This document shows, in pieces, positions 8,775 to 17,649 of a DNA stretch of 32,000 bases. This stretch comes from an uncultured archaeon (GTDB lineage Archaea; Iainarchaeota; Iainarchaeia; Iainarchaeales; 0-14-0-20-30-16). The notes under the pieces were generated by a model that was given only the letters and a program-made list of their open reading frames with translations, was not told where the DNA came from and did not search any database. The translations under genes were made by a program, and so were the position numbers. Where the stretch lies: NCBI GenBank assembly GCA_964565725.1, contig CAZMGA010000002.1, positions 14,481-46,480 of the forward strand. The letters are read 5' to 3'. Each line of letters starts with the position of its first letter. Position 1 is the stretch's first letter.

Positions 8775-9353
8775 ATGGGTGACCCAAAGAAGATAAGAAA
8801 AAAATATGAGAGTCCTAAAAGACCTTGGGATAAACAAAGAATCCTAAAAGAAAAAGATTTATTAGATAAATATGGTTTGGCATCAAAAAAAGAAATTAGA
8901 ATAATGGAAGCAATAATTTCTAAAAAAAGAGAAGCTGTAAAAGGATTATTAGCTTTACAATCTGAAGTTGCTGAAAAAGGTAAAAAAGATTTAGTAAATT
9001 CTTTATATAGAATAGGGTTAGTATCTAAAGATGCTACATTTACAGATATATTGGGATTAAATGTAGAAGATATTTTAGAAAGAAGATTACAAACTTTAGT
9101 TTATAGACAAGGTTTAGCTTCTACAATAAAACAAGCTAGACAATTTATAATTCATGGATTTATATCAATAAACAATAGGAAAATAAATGTTCCAAGTTAT
9201 ATTGTAAATACTGATGAAGAAAAAAATATAGGTTATTATCAAGGTATAAAACCTAAGATATTAGATTTAGATGTAAAAAAGCCAGAATTACACAATAAAA
9301 AAGAAATTAAAGAAGAATCTACAGAAACAGAAAATGTAGAAAAAAGCGAATGA
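8775..9353 (+). CDS. rps4: 30S ribosomal protein uS4
   Basis: MGDPKKIRKKYESPKRPWD N-terminus and an S4 RNA-binding domain (RLQTLVYRQGLASTIKQARQFIIHG). Confidence 0.93.
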   Translation: MGDPKKIRKKYESPKRPWDKQRILKEKDLLDKYGLASKKEIRIMEAIISKKREAVKGLLALQSEVAEKGKKDLVNSLYRIGLVSKDATFTDILGLNVEDILERRLQTLVYRQGLASTIKQARQFIIHGFISINNRKINVPSYIVNTDEEKNIGYYQGIKPKILDLDVKKPELHNKKEIKEESTETENVEKSE

Positions 9354-9363
9354 GGTGCTAAAT

Positions 9364-9747
9364 ATGAAAGTTGCAATAGTACATATTTATTCAACATATA
9401 ATAATACAAAAATGGTAGCTACTGATATTACTGGTTCTGAGACTTTAGCAAAAAGTACTGGTGGAATAATAACTAAAAGTCAACATAAACAAGGTTCCCC
9501 ATATGTTGCTATGAAAATGGCTGAACAAATATCTTCAACTTTGAAAACTAAAGGTTATGATAACATAAAAGTGAAGGTTAGAGCATCTGGTGGTATAAGA
9601 GCTAAAAATCCAGGACAAGGTGCTGATGCAGCAATTACATCTTTGACAAGAAGTGGAATGAATATTTTAGAAATAGAAAATGTGACTCCTTTGCCACATG
9701 ATGGTTGTAGACCAAAAAAGAAATTTTTGTCTAGAAAGAAACAATAA
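9364..9747 (+). CDS. rps11: 30S ribosomal protein uS11
   Basis: VAIVHIYSTYNNT...GPG..AAI..L...G..I..I.DVTP.PHDGCRP pattern. Start moved from GTG 9355 (inside the SD) to ATG 9364. Confidence 0.92.
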   Translation: MKVAIVHIYSTYNNTKMVATDITGSETLAKSTGGIITKSQHKQGSPYVAMKMAEQISSTLKTKGYDNIKVKVRASGGIRAKNPGQGADAAITSLTRSGMNILEIENVTPLPHDGCRPKKKFLSRKKQ

Positions 9748-9772
9748 TTATGTTAAGGATTATGGGATTTGT

Positions 9773-10525
9773 ATGCAAGTTAAATTTTTGAAAAAAGATG
9801 GTTTTGAATATCGTTTTAGTGTTAACGATACAAGAAAAGATATTGTTAATGCATATAGACGAGCAATAATGTTAAATTGTCCAGTAATGGCTATAAATAA
9901 AGTTGCAGTTTATAAAAATGAAAGTGTAATGCCTGATGAAATGTTAGCACATAGATTGGGTTTAGTACCAATTTATACAAAATCAGTAGATGATGAAGAA
10001 CATCATATTTATTTAAAGAAAAAATCAGGAATGGTTTATTCTGGAGATATTGAAACTACAGGCTTATTAGAAGTCCCTTTAAAACATATTCCATTAGTAT
10101 TATTAAAAGAAAATACTAATTTAGAATTAGAATTAACAGTTTCAAAAGGAAAAGGAATTGAGCATGTTAAATTTGAACCAGCTAATGTTCATTTTAATAA
10201 CATTGCTGAAATTAAACAAAACGGACCTATAAATTTTGAATTAAAAGATTTATGTCCTAAAGGGTTATTAGAACAAAAAGCAAATAAAATATTTTTAAAA
10301 GATCCTTATGATTGTAATCTTTGTAGACATTGTGAAAATAAAACAAATATGAATTTAGAAGTAATTATTAATGAAAATGATTTTGTATTTGGAATTGTTC
10401 CATTTAGAAATTTAGATTTATCCAATATTTTTGAATATAGTTATAATTATTTAAATTCTGAATTGGAAAGTCTAAAAAATGAAATTTTAGGTGAAAATAC
10501 TAAAAAAACTACTAAGAAAAAATAG
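9773..10525 (+). CDS. rpoD: DNA-directed RNA polymerase subunit D (Rpo3)
   Basis: 250 aa from ATG 9773. NAYRRAIM.., LAHRLGLVP motifs and a Cys cluster (C..CNLCRHC) in the inserted domain. The track start 9698 overlaps S11 and is rejected. Confidence 0.88.
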   Translation: MQVKFLKKDGFEYRFSVNDTRKDIVNAYRRAIMLNCPVMAINKVAVYKNESVMPDEMLAHRLGLVPIYTKSVDDEEHHIYLKKKSGMVYSGDIETTGLLEVPLKHIPLVLLKENTNLELELTVSKGKGIEHVKFEPANVHFNNIAEIKQNGPINFELKDLCPKGLLEQKANKIFLKDPYDCNLCRHCENKTNMNLEVIINENDFVFGIVPFRNLDLSNIFEYSYNYLNSELESLKNEILGENTKKTTKKK

Positions 10526-10550
10526 GATTTTTTAAATCCTTTTATTCTTT
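10524..10550 (+). terminator. Hairpin plus T-tract after rpoD
   Basis: AGGATTT-TTT-AAATCCT is a perfect 7-bp stem (10524-10540) that starts in the rpoD stop codon. It is followed by TTTATTCTTT. Confidence 0.45.
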
Positions 10551-10560
10551 ATATATAAAT
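10541..10560 (+). promoter_or_regulatory. Candidate TATA-box promoter for tRNA-Leu
   Basis: TTTATTCTTTATATATAAAT lies 10-30 nt upstream of the mature tRNA 5' end. This is an archaeal TATA-like A/T element. The exact box is not resolvable by eye. Confidence 0.35.
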
Positions 10561-10569
10561 AACTAAGTT

Positions 10570-10652
10570 GCTGGGGTTCCGGAGCGGTCAAACGGGCAGG
10601 GCTTAAGACCCTGTGGCGAAGGCCTTCAAGAGTTCGAACCTCTTCCCCAGCA
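10570..10652 (+). tRNA. tRNA-Leu (anticodon UAA), class II with long variable arm, no encoded CCA, no intron
   Basis: Hand-folded cloverleaf. Acceptor GCTGGGG/CCCCAGC plus discriminator A. 3-bp D stem. Anticodon stem CAGGG/CCCTG with loop CT-TAA-GA. Variable arm GGC-GAAG-GCC. T arm AAGAG-TTCGAAC-CTCTT. It is a GC-rich island in AT-rich DNA. Confidence 0.92.
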
Positions 10653-10690
10653 TATATATTATTTTGATAATATTTATTGGAGTGAAATGT

Positions 10691-11056
10691 ATGAAACATA
10701 TACAATTAGATGATTTAAAAAGAAAATATATTATTGGTTTGAAAAAAAAATCTATTGCAGATAAGCAAGATTTTTATTTAGCATTATCAAAAGCAATGGA
10801 TGTGAGTTCTAGAAATTTTCCTGCAATTAATGTTTATAGATTAAATAAAATTGCAAAAAAAAATCCAAATAAAATATATTTAATACCTGGTAATTTATTA
10901 GGTTATGGTGATATTACTTCTGCAGTAAAAGTTTATGCATATAAAGTTTCAAAAAATGCAGAAGAAAAAATAAAAGCTGTAAAAGGTTCTGTAAAAGATT
11001 TTGATGAATTATTAAAATCAAAATTAGAATCAAAAGATATTATGATTGTTAAATAG
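10691..11056 (+). CDS. rpl18e: 50S ribosomal protein eL18 (L18e)
   Basis: 121 aa from ATG 10691 after a GGAGTGA SD. Conserved position between rpoD and L13. The track N-terminus (10613) runs through the tRNA and is rejected. Confidence 0.8.
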   Translation: MKHIQLDDLKRKYIIGLKKKSIADKQDFYLALSKAMDVSSRNFPAINVYRLNKIAKKNPNKIYLIPGNLLGYGDITSAVKVYAYKVSKNAEEKIKAVKGSVKDFDELLKSKLESKDIMIVK

Positions 11057-11064
11057 GTGATTTT

Positions 11065-11568
11065 ATGACCCAAAAAAAAGAAGATACTAAACAAGTTGCA
11101 AAGAAAGTTGTTAAAGAAAAAAAAGTAATAGTTAAAAAACCAATTGTTAAAAAAGAAATTAATTACGATGCTACAAATTTAATTTTAGGTAGATTATCAA
11201 GTTATGTTGCTCAAAAATTATTATTAGGTTATAAAATAAATATTTATAATGCAGAAAAAGCAATAATTACAGGAGATCCAAAAATTATTGTAGAACAATA
11301 TACAGTTAAATTAAATTTTAGAGGTAAAGGTAATCCTGAAAAAGGACCAAAATATCCTAAAATTCCTGATAAAATGTTATTAAATGCAGTTAAAAGAATG
11401 TTGCCACATAAAAAAACAAGAGGTATAGATGCATTTAAAGATTTAAAAGTATTTATAGGTAATGAAGATAATGTAAAATTAGAAACTATTGAAGATGCAA
11501 AATTACAAAAGAGTATTAAATATTTACAATTAGGTGAATTAAGTACTAAATTAGGTGCTAAATGGTGA
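11065..11568 (+). CDS. rpl13: 50S ribosomal protein uL13 with Lys-rich N-terminal extension
   Basis: NLILGRLSSYVAQKLL.. and RMLPHKK.RG motifs of uL13. TAGGTGAT junction. Confidence 0.92.
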   Translation: MTQKKEDTKQVAKKVVKEKKVIVKKPIVKKEINYDATNLILGRLSSYVAQKLLLGYKINIYNAEKAIITGDPKIIVEQYTVKLNFRGKGNPEKGPKYPKIPDKMLLNAVKRMLPHKKTRGIDAFKDLKVFIGNEDNVKLETIEDAKLQKSIKYLQLGELSTKLGAKW

Positions 11569-11573
11569 TATTT

Positions 11574-12131
11574 ATGTATGAAAGAAGAGATTTTAGAAGA
11601 GATAGAATGAAAAGAGAATATGTTGAAGAAAAAGAAGAAAAACCAAAACCAGAAAAAAAACCTAAATTAGTAAAAATTCCTAAATCTTTAGAAAAACCAA
11701 TTTTTGTTAAATCAAAGAATGGTAAAGTTTTACACGTTTCTAGTAAGAGAAAAACTGCAATTGCTAGAGCTAGTGTTAAAAAAGGAAAAGGAAAAATTAC
11801 AATAAATAAAATACCTTATACTTTAATATCTAATAAATATTTGTTAGATATGGTTAAAGAGCCTATAGTTTTGGTAGAAGAATATAAACAAGAATTGCCA
11901 TCTCAAATAGATATTGCTATAACTGTTAAAGGTGGAGGAACTATTGGTCAAATGGTTGCTGTAAGAAATTGTATTGCAAAAGCATTTGTACAATATTTTA
12001 ACGATGTTAATTTAGCCCACAAAATAAGTACTTATAATAGATCTTTCTTAATTGATGATGAAAGAAGAGTAGAAGCTAAAAAACCATTAGGTACAAAAGC
12101 AAGAGCTAAAAAACAACATTCTAAGAGATAG
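11574..12131 (+). CDS. rps9: 30S ribosomal protein uS9 with long charged N-terminal extension
   Basis: SSKRKTAIARA..KGKGKITIN core and C-terminal ARAKKQHSKR of uS9. ATG 11574 follows GGTGA. Confidence 0.92.
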   Translation: MYERRDFRRDRMKREYVEEKEEKPKPEKKPKLVKIPKSLEKPIFVKSKNGKVLHVSSKRKTAIARASVKKGKGKITINKIPYTLISNKYLLDMVKEPIVLVEEYKQELPSQIDIAITVKGGGTIGQMVAVRNCIAKAFVQYFNDVNLAHKISTYNRSFLIDDERRVEAKKPLGTKARAKKQHSKR

Positions 12132-12144
12132 ACGAGGGATATAC

Positions 12145-12339
12145 ATGTTAATGCCTGTAAGATGTTTTAGTTGTGGTTTTCCTGTGAGTGAATATTATGA
12201 AGCTTATAAAGAATCTATAGCTAAAGGTAAAACTCCAGAAGAAGCATTAAATTCTTTAGATATTAAAAATTATTGTTGTAGAAGAATGCTTTTAACTAGT
12301 GTAGATTATATTACTGAATTGATAAAATTCCAAAAGTGA
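12145..12339 (+). CDS. rpoN: DNA-directed RNA polymerase subunit N (Rpo10)
   Basis: 64 aa: MPVRCFSCGFPV...YCCRRMLLTS, the hallmark of RpoN/Rpb10. Confidence 0.93.
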   Translation: MLMPVRCFSCGFPVSEYYEAYKESIAKGKTPEEALNSLDIKNYCCRRMLLTSVDYITELIKFQK

Positions 12340-12343
12340 GATA

Positions 12344-13537
12344 ATGAAAGTAGATATTCAAAAAGTTTTTGATAGTAGAGGTATGCCAACTATTATGGCT
12401 TATACTTATTATGAAGATGAAAGAATATTTGCAATTGCTCCTGCGGGAAAAAGTACTGGAATGCATGAAGCACAGGTTTATCCTTTAGATAAAAAAGGTA
12501 AAGCTAATATAGATTTAAGTTTTAAGTTTTTTAAAACTAATGAAAAAGCAATATTTGAAGCATTTGAATTTGATAATCAAGAAGAATTTGATTCTTTATT
12601 AGAAGATTTAGATGAAACAAATAATTTTTCTGATATGGGTGCAAATTTATCTACTGCTTTATCAATGTTATTTTTGAAAGTTCAAGCTAAAAAAAATAAT
12701 TTTGAATTATATAAATATTTAAATCCAAAAGTAAAATTAAAAGATTTGCCTAAGCCTTTAGGAAATGTTGTTGGTGGTGGATTACATTCAAATAATAAAA
12801 TATCTATTCAAGAATTTTTAGTATTAAATGAAGAAAAAAAAATTTCTGAAAACATTTTAAAGAACATAAATGTATATCATGAAATTGAAAACATTTTAAA
12901 GAGTAAAAAAAAGTTTTTTGGAAAAAATGATGAAGGTGCAATATCTTTTGATTCAAATTCTTTTGAAGTATTAAATATTATTGAACAATCAATAAAAAAT
13001 TTAGGCTATAAAACAAAAATAGGTTTGGATATTGCTGCAAGTTCATTTTATAAAAATAAAAAATATGAATTTGAAGGAAAAAAATATTCTGAAAGTGAAT
13101 ATTTGCAAATATTATTAGATACAATTAAAAATTATAAAAATATATATTATATTGAAGATCCTTTTGATGAAGAATCATTTACTGCATTTGCAGAACTACA
13201 AAAGAAAACAAAATCTTTAATTTGTGGTGATGATTTATTTACTACAAATAAAGATAGATTAATTCAAGGTATAAAAAATAAATCTGCAAAAGCAATATTG
13301 ATAAAACCAAATCAAATAGGTACAATAACAAAAACAATTGAAACTGTAAATTATGCAAAAAAACATAATGTTATGCCAGTAATTTCTCATAGATCTGGAG
13401 AAAGTATTGATAATACAATATCTCATTTGGCTGTTGGATTATCTATACCATATATAAAAACAGGAACAGTTTCAGGAGAACGTTTAGCAAAATTGAATGA
13501 ACTTATATTCATAGAAAAAAGAATTGAGGAAAAATAA
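12344..13537 (+). CDS. eno: Enolase (compact, 397 aa)
   Basis: SRGMPT, PAGKSTGMHEA, QEFLV, LDIAASSFY, IEDPFDE, GDDLFTTN, KPNQIGT, SHRSGES and IKTG motifs are all present. Conserved position between rpoN and S2. Confidence 0.9.
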   Translation: MKVDIQKVFDSRGMPTIMAYTYYEDERIFAIAPAGKSTGMHEAQVYPLDKKGKANIDLSFKFFKTNEKAIFEAFEFDNQEEFDSLLEDLDETNNFSDMGANLSTALSMLFLKVQAKKNNFELYKYLNPKVKLKDLPKPLGNVVGGGLHSNNKISIQEFLVLNEEKKISENILKNINVYHEIENILKSKKKFFGKNDEGAISFDSNSFEVLNIIEQSIKNLGYKTKIGLDIAASSFYKNKKYEFEGKKYSESEYLQILLDTIKNYKNIYYIEDPFDEESFTAFAELQKKTKSLICGDDLFTTNKDRLIQGIKNKSAKAILIKPNQIGTITKTIETVNYAKKHNVMPVISHRSGESIDNTISHLAVGLSIPYIKTGTVSGERLAKLNELIFIEKRIEEK

Positions 13538-13558
13538 ATATATTATTAAGGTGAGTGT

Positions 13559-14227
13559 ATGAGTAAAGAATTATTAATTAGCCCAGAAGAATATTTAAAA
13601 TCAGGTATTCATATAGGTACAAGATTTAAATCTAAAGGTATGAGAAAATATATTTTTAAATTAAGAAAAGATGGTTTAAAAGTATTTTCTATTGAAGAAA
13701 TAGATGAAAAAATTAGAGCTCTTGCAAAATTTTTAGTGAATTATAATCCTGAAAAAATAGCAGTTGTTGGTAGAAGAGTTTTTGCAAAAACAGCTATTGA
13801 AAATTTTTGTAAAATAATTGGTGCAAAATCTTATGTTGGTAGATTTATTCCAGGAGATTTTACTAATGCTAAAAGTAAGAACTTTTTTGAACCCGAATTA
13901 ATATTTGTTGTAGAATCTAATTTAGACAAACAAGCAATAATTGAAGCAGTAAAAGTAAATATACCTGTTGTTTCTTTGAGTAGTGCAAATAATTCAACAG
14001 TAAATATAGATTATGCTGTACCTTGTAATAATAAAGGTAAAAAAAGTTTAGCATTATTATTTTGGTTAATTGCTAGAGAATATCAATTATGTAAAGGAAT
14101 CATAAAATCAAGAGATGATTTCAAACATAAAGTTGAAGAATTTGAATATAATGGTAAAGAAAAAATTGTTAAAAATGAAGATGACAGAAGAAATAGAAGA
14201 CCTATAAGAGGACAAAGAAGAAGATAA
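13559..14227 (+). CDS. rps2: 30S ribosomal protein uS2
   Basis: GIHIGTRFKSKGMRKYIF.. start of archaeal uS2 and an Arg-rich C-terminal tail. TAAGGTGA SD. Confidence 0.92.
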   Translation: MSKELLISPEEYLKSGIHIGTRFKSKGMRKYIFKLRKDGLKVFSIEEIDEKIRALAKFLVNYNPEKIAVVGRRVFAKTAIENFCKIIGAKSYVGRFIPGDFTNAKSKNFFEPELIFVVESNLDKQAIIEAVKVNIPVVSLSSANNSTVNIDYAVPCNNKGKKSLALLFWLIAREYQLCKGIIKSRDDFKHKVEEFEYNGKEKIVKNEDDRRNRRPIRGQRRR

Positions 14228-14255
14228 ATTCTTTATTTTCTAAAAGGTAATTATT

Positions 14256-17087
14256 ATGCAAGCATATAACCTAAATGAAGAAAATAATATTAAACAATTT
14301 TGGGACAAAGAAGAAATTAGAAAAAAGTTTTTAAATAAAAATAAAAACAATAATAAAACTTTCTATTTTATGGATGGTCCGCCTTATGCTAACGGACATA
14401 TTCATTTAGGCCACGCATTAAATAAAATTACTAAAGATGTTATAATTAGATATAAAATAATGCGAGGATTTGATACTTTTGCAAAAGCTGGTTATGATAC
14501 TCATGGAGTACCTATAGAACATAAAGTTCAAAAAGCATTAAATTTAGATTCAAAAGAAGATATTGAAAATTATGGTATGGATAAATTTATATCTCAATGT
14601 ATTAATTTTGCAACAGAACATATTGAAGATATGAATAGAGAATTTTTAAATTTAGGTATATGGATGGATTATGAAAATGCATATATCACATTAAAACCAG
14701 ATTATATTGAAGGGTTGTGGCAAGCTTTTAAAAAAGCTGATGAAAAAAAATTATTATATAAAGGAAGATATCCTGTTCATTTTTGTTCTGAATGTGGAAC
14801 TGCATTATCATTTAATGAAATTGAACACACCACATTAGATGATATGTCTATTTTTGTTAAATTTAAAACTAAAGATAATAGATTTTTAATAATTTGGACT
14901 ACTACTCCTTGGACTTTACCTTCAAATGTTGGAATTATGGTTAATCCTTCTGCTACATATATAGATGTAAATATTGGTGGAGAAGTATGGATTATTGCAA
15001 AAGAATTATTAGAATCATTATGTAATAAAATAGAAGCTGGTTTTACAATATTAAAAGAGTATTCTGGTAAAGAATTAAATAATTTAAAATATGATAATCC
15101 ATTGGAACCTTTGTTGAAAAGAAAAAATTTAGAAAATGCTAATAGAGTGGTATTATCTGATAGATATGTTACTTTGGATACAGGATCTGGTTTAGTACAT
15201 TGTGCACCAGGTCATGGAAAAGAAGATTTTGAAGTAGGTATGCAAACAGGATTACCTGCATATACTTGTTTAAATGAAAAAGGAGTATTTGGAGAAGATG
15301 CGGGAAAATATATTAATTTAAAAGCAAAATCTGCTAATTCTATAATAATTGAAGATTTATCCAATTTAAATGCTTTAATTTATAAAGAAGTAATTTCTCA
15401 TGAATATCCTATTTGTTGGAGATGTAAATCACCATTATTACAAGTAGCTATGCCACAATGGTTTTTAAAAATAACTGATATTAGAGAAGAATTATTAAAA
15501 AATAATGAAAAAGTTTATTGGCCTCAAAGTTTTTCTAAAAATAGATTTACAAATTGGTTGTCTTCTTTAAGTGATTGGCCTGTTTCAAGATCGAGATATT
15601 GGGGAACACCTTTACCTATATGGGTATGTGATAAATGTAATAAATTTGATGTGTTGGGTTCTTTTACAGAATTAGAAGAAAAAACAGGTAAAAAAATTGA
15701 AAAAACAATTTTAGGAGTTCATAAACCAGAAATTGATAAATATACTTATAAATGTGAATGTGGAGGAATTAAAAAGAGAATTCCTGATGTTTTAGATGTA
15801 TGGTTTGATTCTGGAGCTTCTAGTTGGAGTGCTTTAGATAATGAAGAATTATTTAAGAGATTTTGGCCTGCTGATTTAAATATTGAAGGTACTGATCAAT
15901 TTAGAGGTTGGTGGAATTCACAAATGATATTATCTACTATTTGTTTCGATAATACACCTTTTAAATCTATTTTAGTACATGGTATGGTTTTAGATATTAA
16001 TAAAAGAGAAATGCATAAATCTGATGGTAATGTAATTGGTCCAAATGAAATAATTGAAGAATATAATAGAGATTCTTTGCGATATTATTTAATTAAAAAT
16101 AGTACGGGTAATGATTTTGGTTTTGGAAAAGAACTTTTAAAAGATACTATGAGATTTTTTAATATTTTGATAAATATTGGTAATTATATTGAAACTTATT
16201 TAAATGCAAATTTGGATATTAAAGAATTGCCAGTAGATTTAGAAATTGAAGATAAATGGATTTTATCTAAATATAATTCTATGAAATCAAATGTTTTAGA
16301 TAATTATGATAGTTATAATTTTTATAAAGTTGTTCCATTATTAGAAAATTTTATTATTGAAGATTTTAGTAGAAATTATATGAAATTAATAAAAGATAGA
16401 ACTGACAAAGAAAATTTGTCCTTAGTTTTTAATTATATTTTTGGAGGCTATTTAAGATTATTAGCTCCTATATTACCACATATAACAGAATATATTTACA
16501 AAAATTTTAATTTCAATAGTATTCATTTAACAAACATAGATGATTTTAATAATAATGATATAAATTTAGATTTAGAAAAAGAAATGGACTTAATTTTAGA
16601 TATTGTTCAATTGGGTTTAGGTTTGAGAGAAAAAGAAAAATTAAGATTAAGATGGACTTTACCAAAGTTATATGTTAATTTAAAAAATAATCAAAATATA
16701 AAATATTGTCAAAAAATATTAGAAAAAATGTTAAATGTAAATAATGTTGAATTTATTAATGAGAATTTAAATAAACCTTTTATTGAAGATGATTTTGTAA
16801 AAATTTTTGTGGATGCTAATTTTTCAAAAGGTACTAAAGATTTATGGTTTGTACAAGAATTAAGAAGACATATTCAAAATGAAAGAAAAATTTTAAAATT
16901 TTCTCCACAAGAAAATAAAGAATTAAATATTTATTGTGATGAGGATGTAAAAAAAATATTAACTAAATATTTAGTTGATTTAGAAAATACTACCAATACA
17001 AAAATAATATTAAATAATTTAATACAAGAAGATTTAATAGAAATATTAGATAAAAAAATATTAGTTAAGTTTAATATAAATAAGTGA
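14256..17087 (+). CDS. ileS: Isoleucyl-tRNA synthetase (compact, 943 aa)
   Basis: GPPYANGHIHLGH (HIGH). WTTTPWTLPSN (CP1 editing domain). DWPVSRSRYWGTPLPIW. A KMSKS-region variant REMHKSDGN. Confidence 0.9.
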   Translation: MQAYNLNEENNIKQFWDKEEIRKKFLNKNKNNNKTFYFMDGPPYANGHIHLGHALNKITKDVIIRYKIMRGFDTFAKAGYDTHGVPIEHKVQKALNLDSKEDIENYGMDKFISQCINFATEHIEDMNREFLNLGIWMDYENAYITLKPDYIEGLWQAFKKADEKKLLYKGRYPVHFCSECGTALSFNEIEHTTLDDMSIFVKFKTKDNRFLIIWTTTPWTLPSNVGIMVNPSATYIDVNIGGEVWIIAKELLESLCNKIEAGFTILKEYSGKELNNLKYDNPLEPLLKRKNLENANRVVLSDRYVTLDTGSGLVHCAPGHGKEDFEVGMQTGLPAYTCLNEKGVFGEDAGKYINLKAKSANSIIIEDLSNLNALIYKEVISHEYPICWRCKSPLLQVAMPQWFLKITDIREELLKNNEKVYWPQSFSKNRFTNWLSSLSDWPVSRSRYWGTPLPIWVCDKCNKFDVLGSFTELEEKTGKKIEKTILGVHKPEIDKYTYKCECGGIKKRIPDVLDVWFDSGASSWSALDNEELFKRFWPADLNIEGTDQFRGWWNSQMILSTICFDNTPFKSILVHGMVLDINKREMHKSDGNVIGPNEIIEEYNRDSLRYYLIKNSTGNDFGFGKELLKDTMRFFNILINIGNYIETYLNANLDIKELPVDLEIEDKWILSKYNSMKSNVLDNYDSYNFYKVVPLLENFIIEDFSRNYMKLIKDRTDKENLSLVFNYIFGGYLRLLAPILPHITEYIYKNFNFNSIHLTNIDDFNNNDINLDLEKEMDLILDIVQLGLGLREKEKLRLRWTLPKLYVNLKNNQNIKYCQKILEKMLNVNNVEFINENLNKPFIEDDFVKIFVDANFSKGTKDLWFVQELRRHIQNERKILKFSPQENKELNIYCDEDVKKILTKYLVDLENTTNTKIILNNLIQEDLIEILDKKILVKFNINK

Positions 17088-17092
17088 TATTT

Positions 17093-17536
17093 ATGCCTAC
17101 TAGAAAGTTTTTTGCATTTTTAGATAAATATAAAAATGAAAATGTTGAGAATAAAATTGTTAAACCAAAATTAACATTAGGACAAAGAGCAGCAGATTAT
17201 GTTACTACTTGTGTTGGTTCTTGGAGATTTATTATTGGAGTATTAATTTTTATATGCTTATGGATGATTGTTAATGTAATAATATTATTAGAAGGTTGGG
17301 ATCCATATCCTTTTATATTGTTGAATTTTTGTTTATCTTGTTTAGCTGCAATTCAAGCACCAATTATATTAATGAGTCAAAATAGACAAACAGAAATTGA
17401 TAGAGTAAGAGCTGAATATGATTATAAAGTAAACATAAAAGCAGAAAAGGAAATAAATAATATGCAAAAAGATTTAAATAATATTAAACACCTAATAAAT
17501 GAATTGCATGAATGTAATTGTAAAAAAAGACTTTAA
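17093..17536 (+). CDS. DUF1003 family membrane protein
   Basis: LGQRAADYVT...GSWRFI, two TMs, and the LMSQNRQ..IDR..AE.DY.VN.KAE pattern characteristic of DUF1003. ATG 17093 follows AGTGA. Confidence 0.7.
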   Translation: MPTRKFFAFLDKYKNENVENKIVKPKLTLGQRAADYVTTCVGSWRFIIGVLIFICLWMIVNVIILLEGWDPYPFILLNFCLSCLAAIQAPIILMSQNRQTEIDRVRAEYDYKVNIKAEKEINNMQKDLNNIKHLINELHECNCKKRL

Positions 17537-17582
17537 AAGATAAAAAAGCATTAAAAAACATTATTTGTTTATAAATCTTTTC

Positions 17583-17601
17583 TTATATATAATATATAAT
17601 A
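17583..17601 (+). promoter_or_regulatory. Candidate TATA promoter for the L7Ae-led gene block
   Basis: TTATATATAATATATAATA lies about 50-65 nt upstream of ATG 17650. It sits in the only sizeable intergenic gap (113 nt) of the first 23 kb. Confidence 0.4.
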
Positions 17602-17649
17602 CTATTTTTAGGTTTGGCTAATAACCTATGACTTAATGGAGGGAAAAAT

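Noticed and set aside
10613-10690. N-terminal 26 codons of track ORF 10613-11056
   Set aside because: This stretch runs through the 3' half of the tRNA-Leu gene. The real eL18 start is ATG 10691, which is preceded by GGAGTGA.
16000-16030. IleRS KMSKS loop reads EMHKS
   Set aside because: The first Lys and the central Ser of KMSKS vary among class I synthetases, and the catalytically important second Lys is retained. This is not evidence of inactivation.
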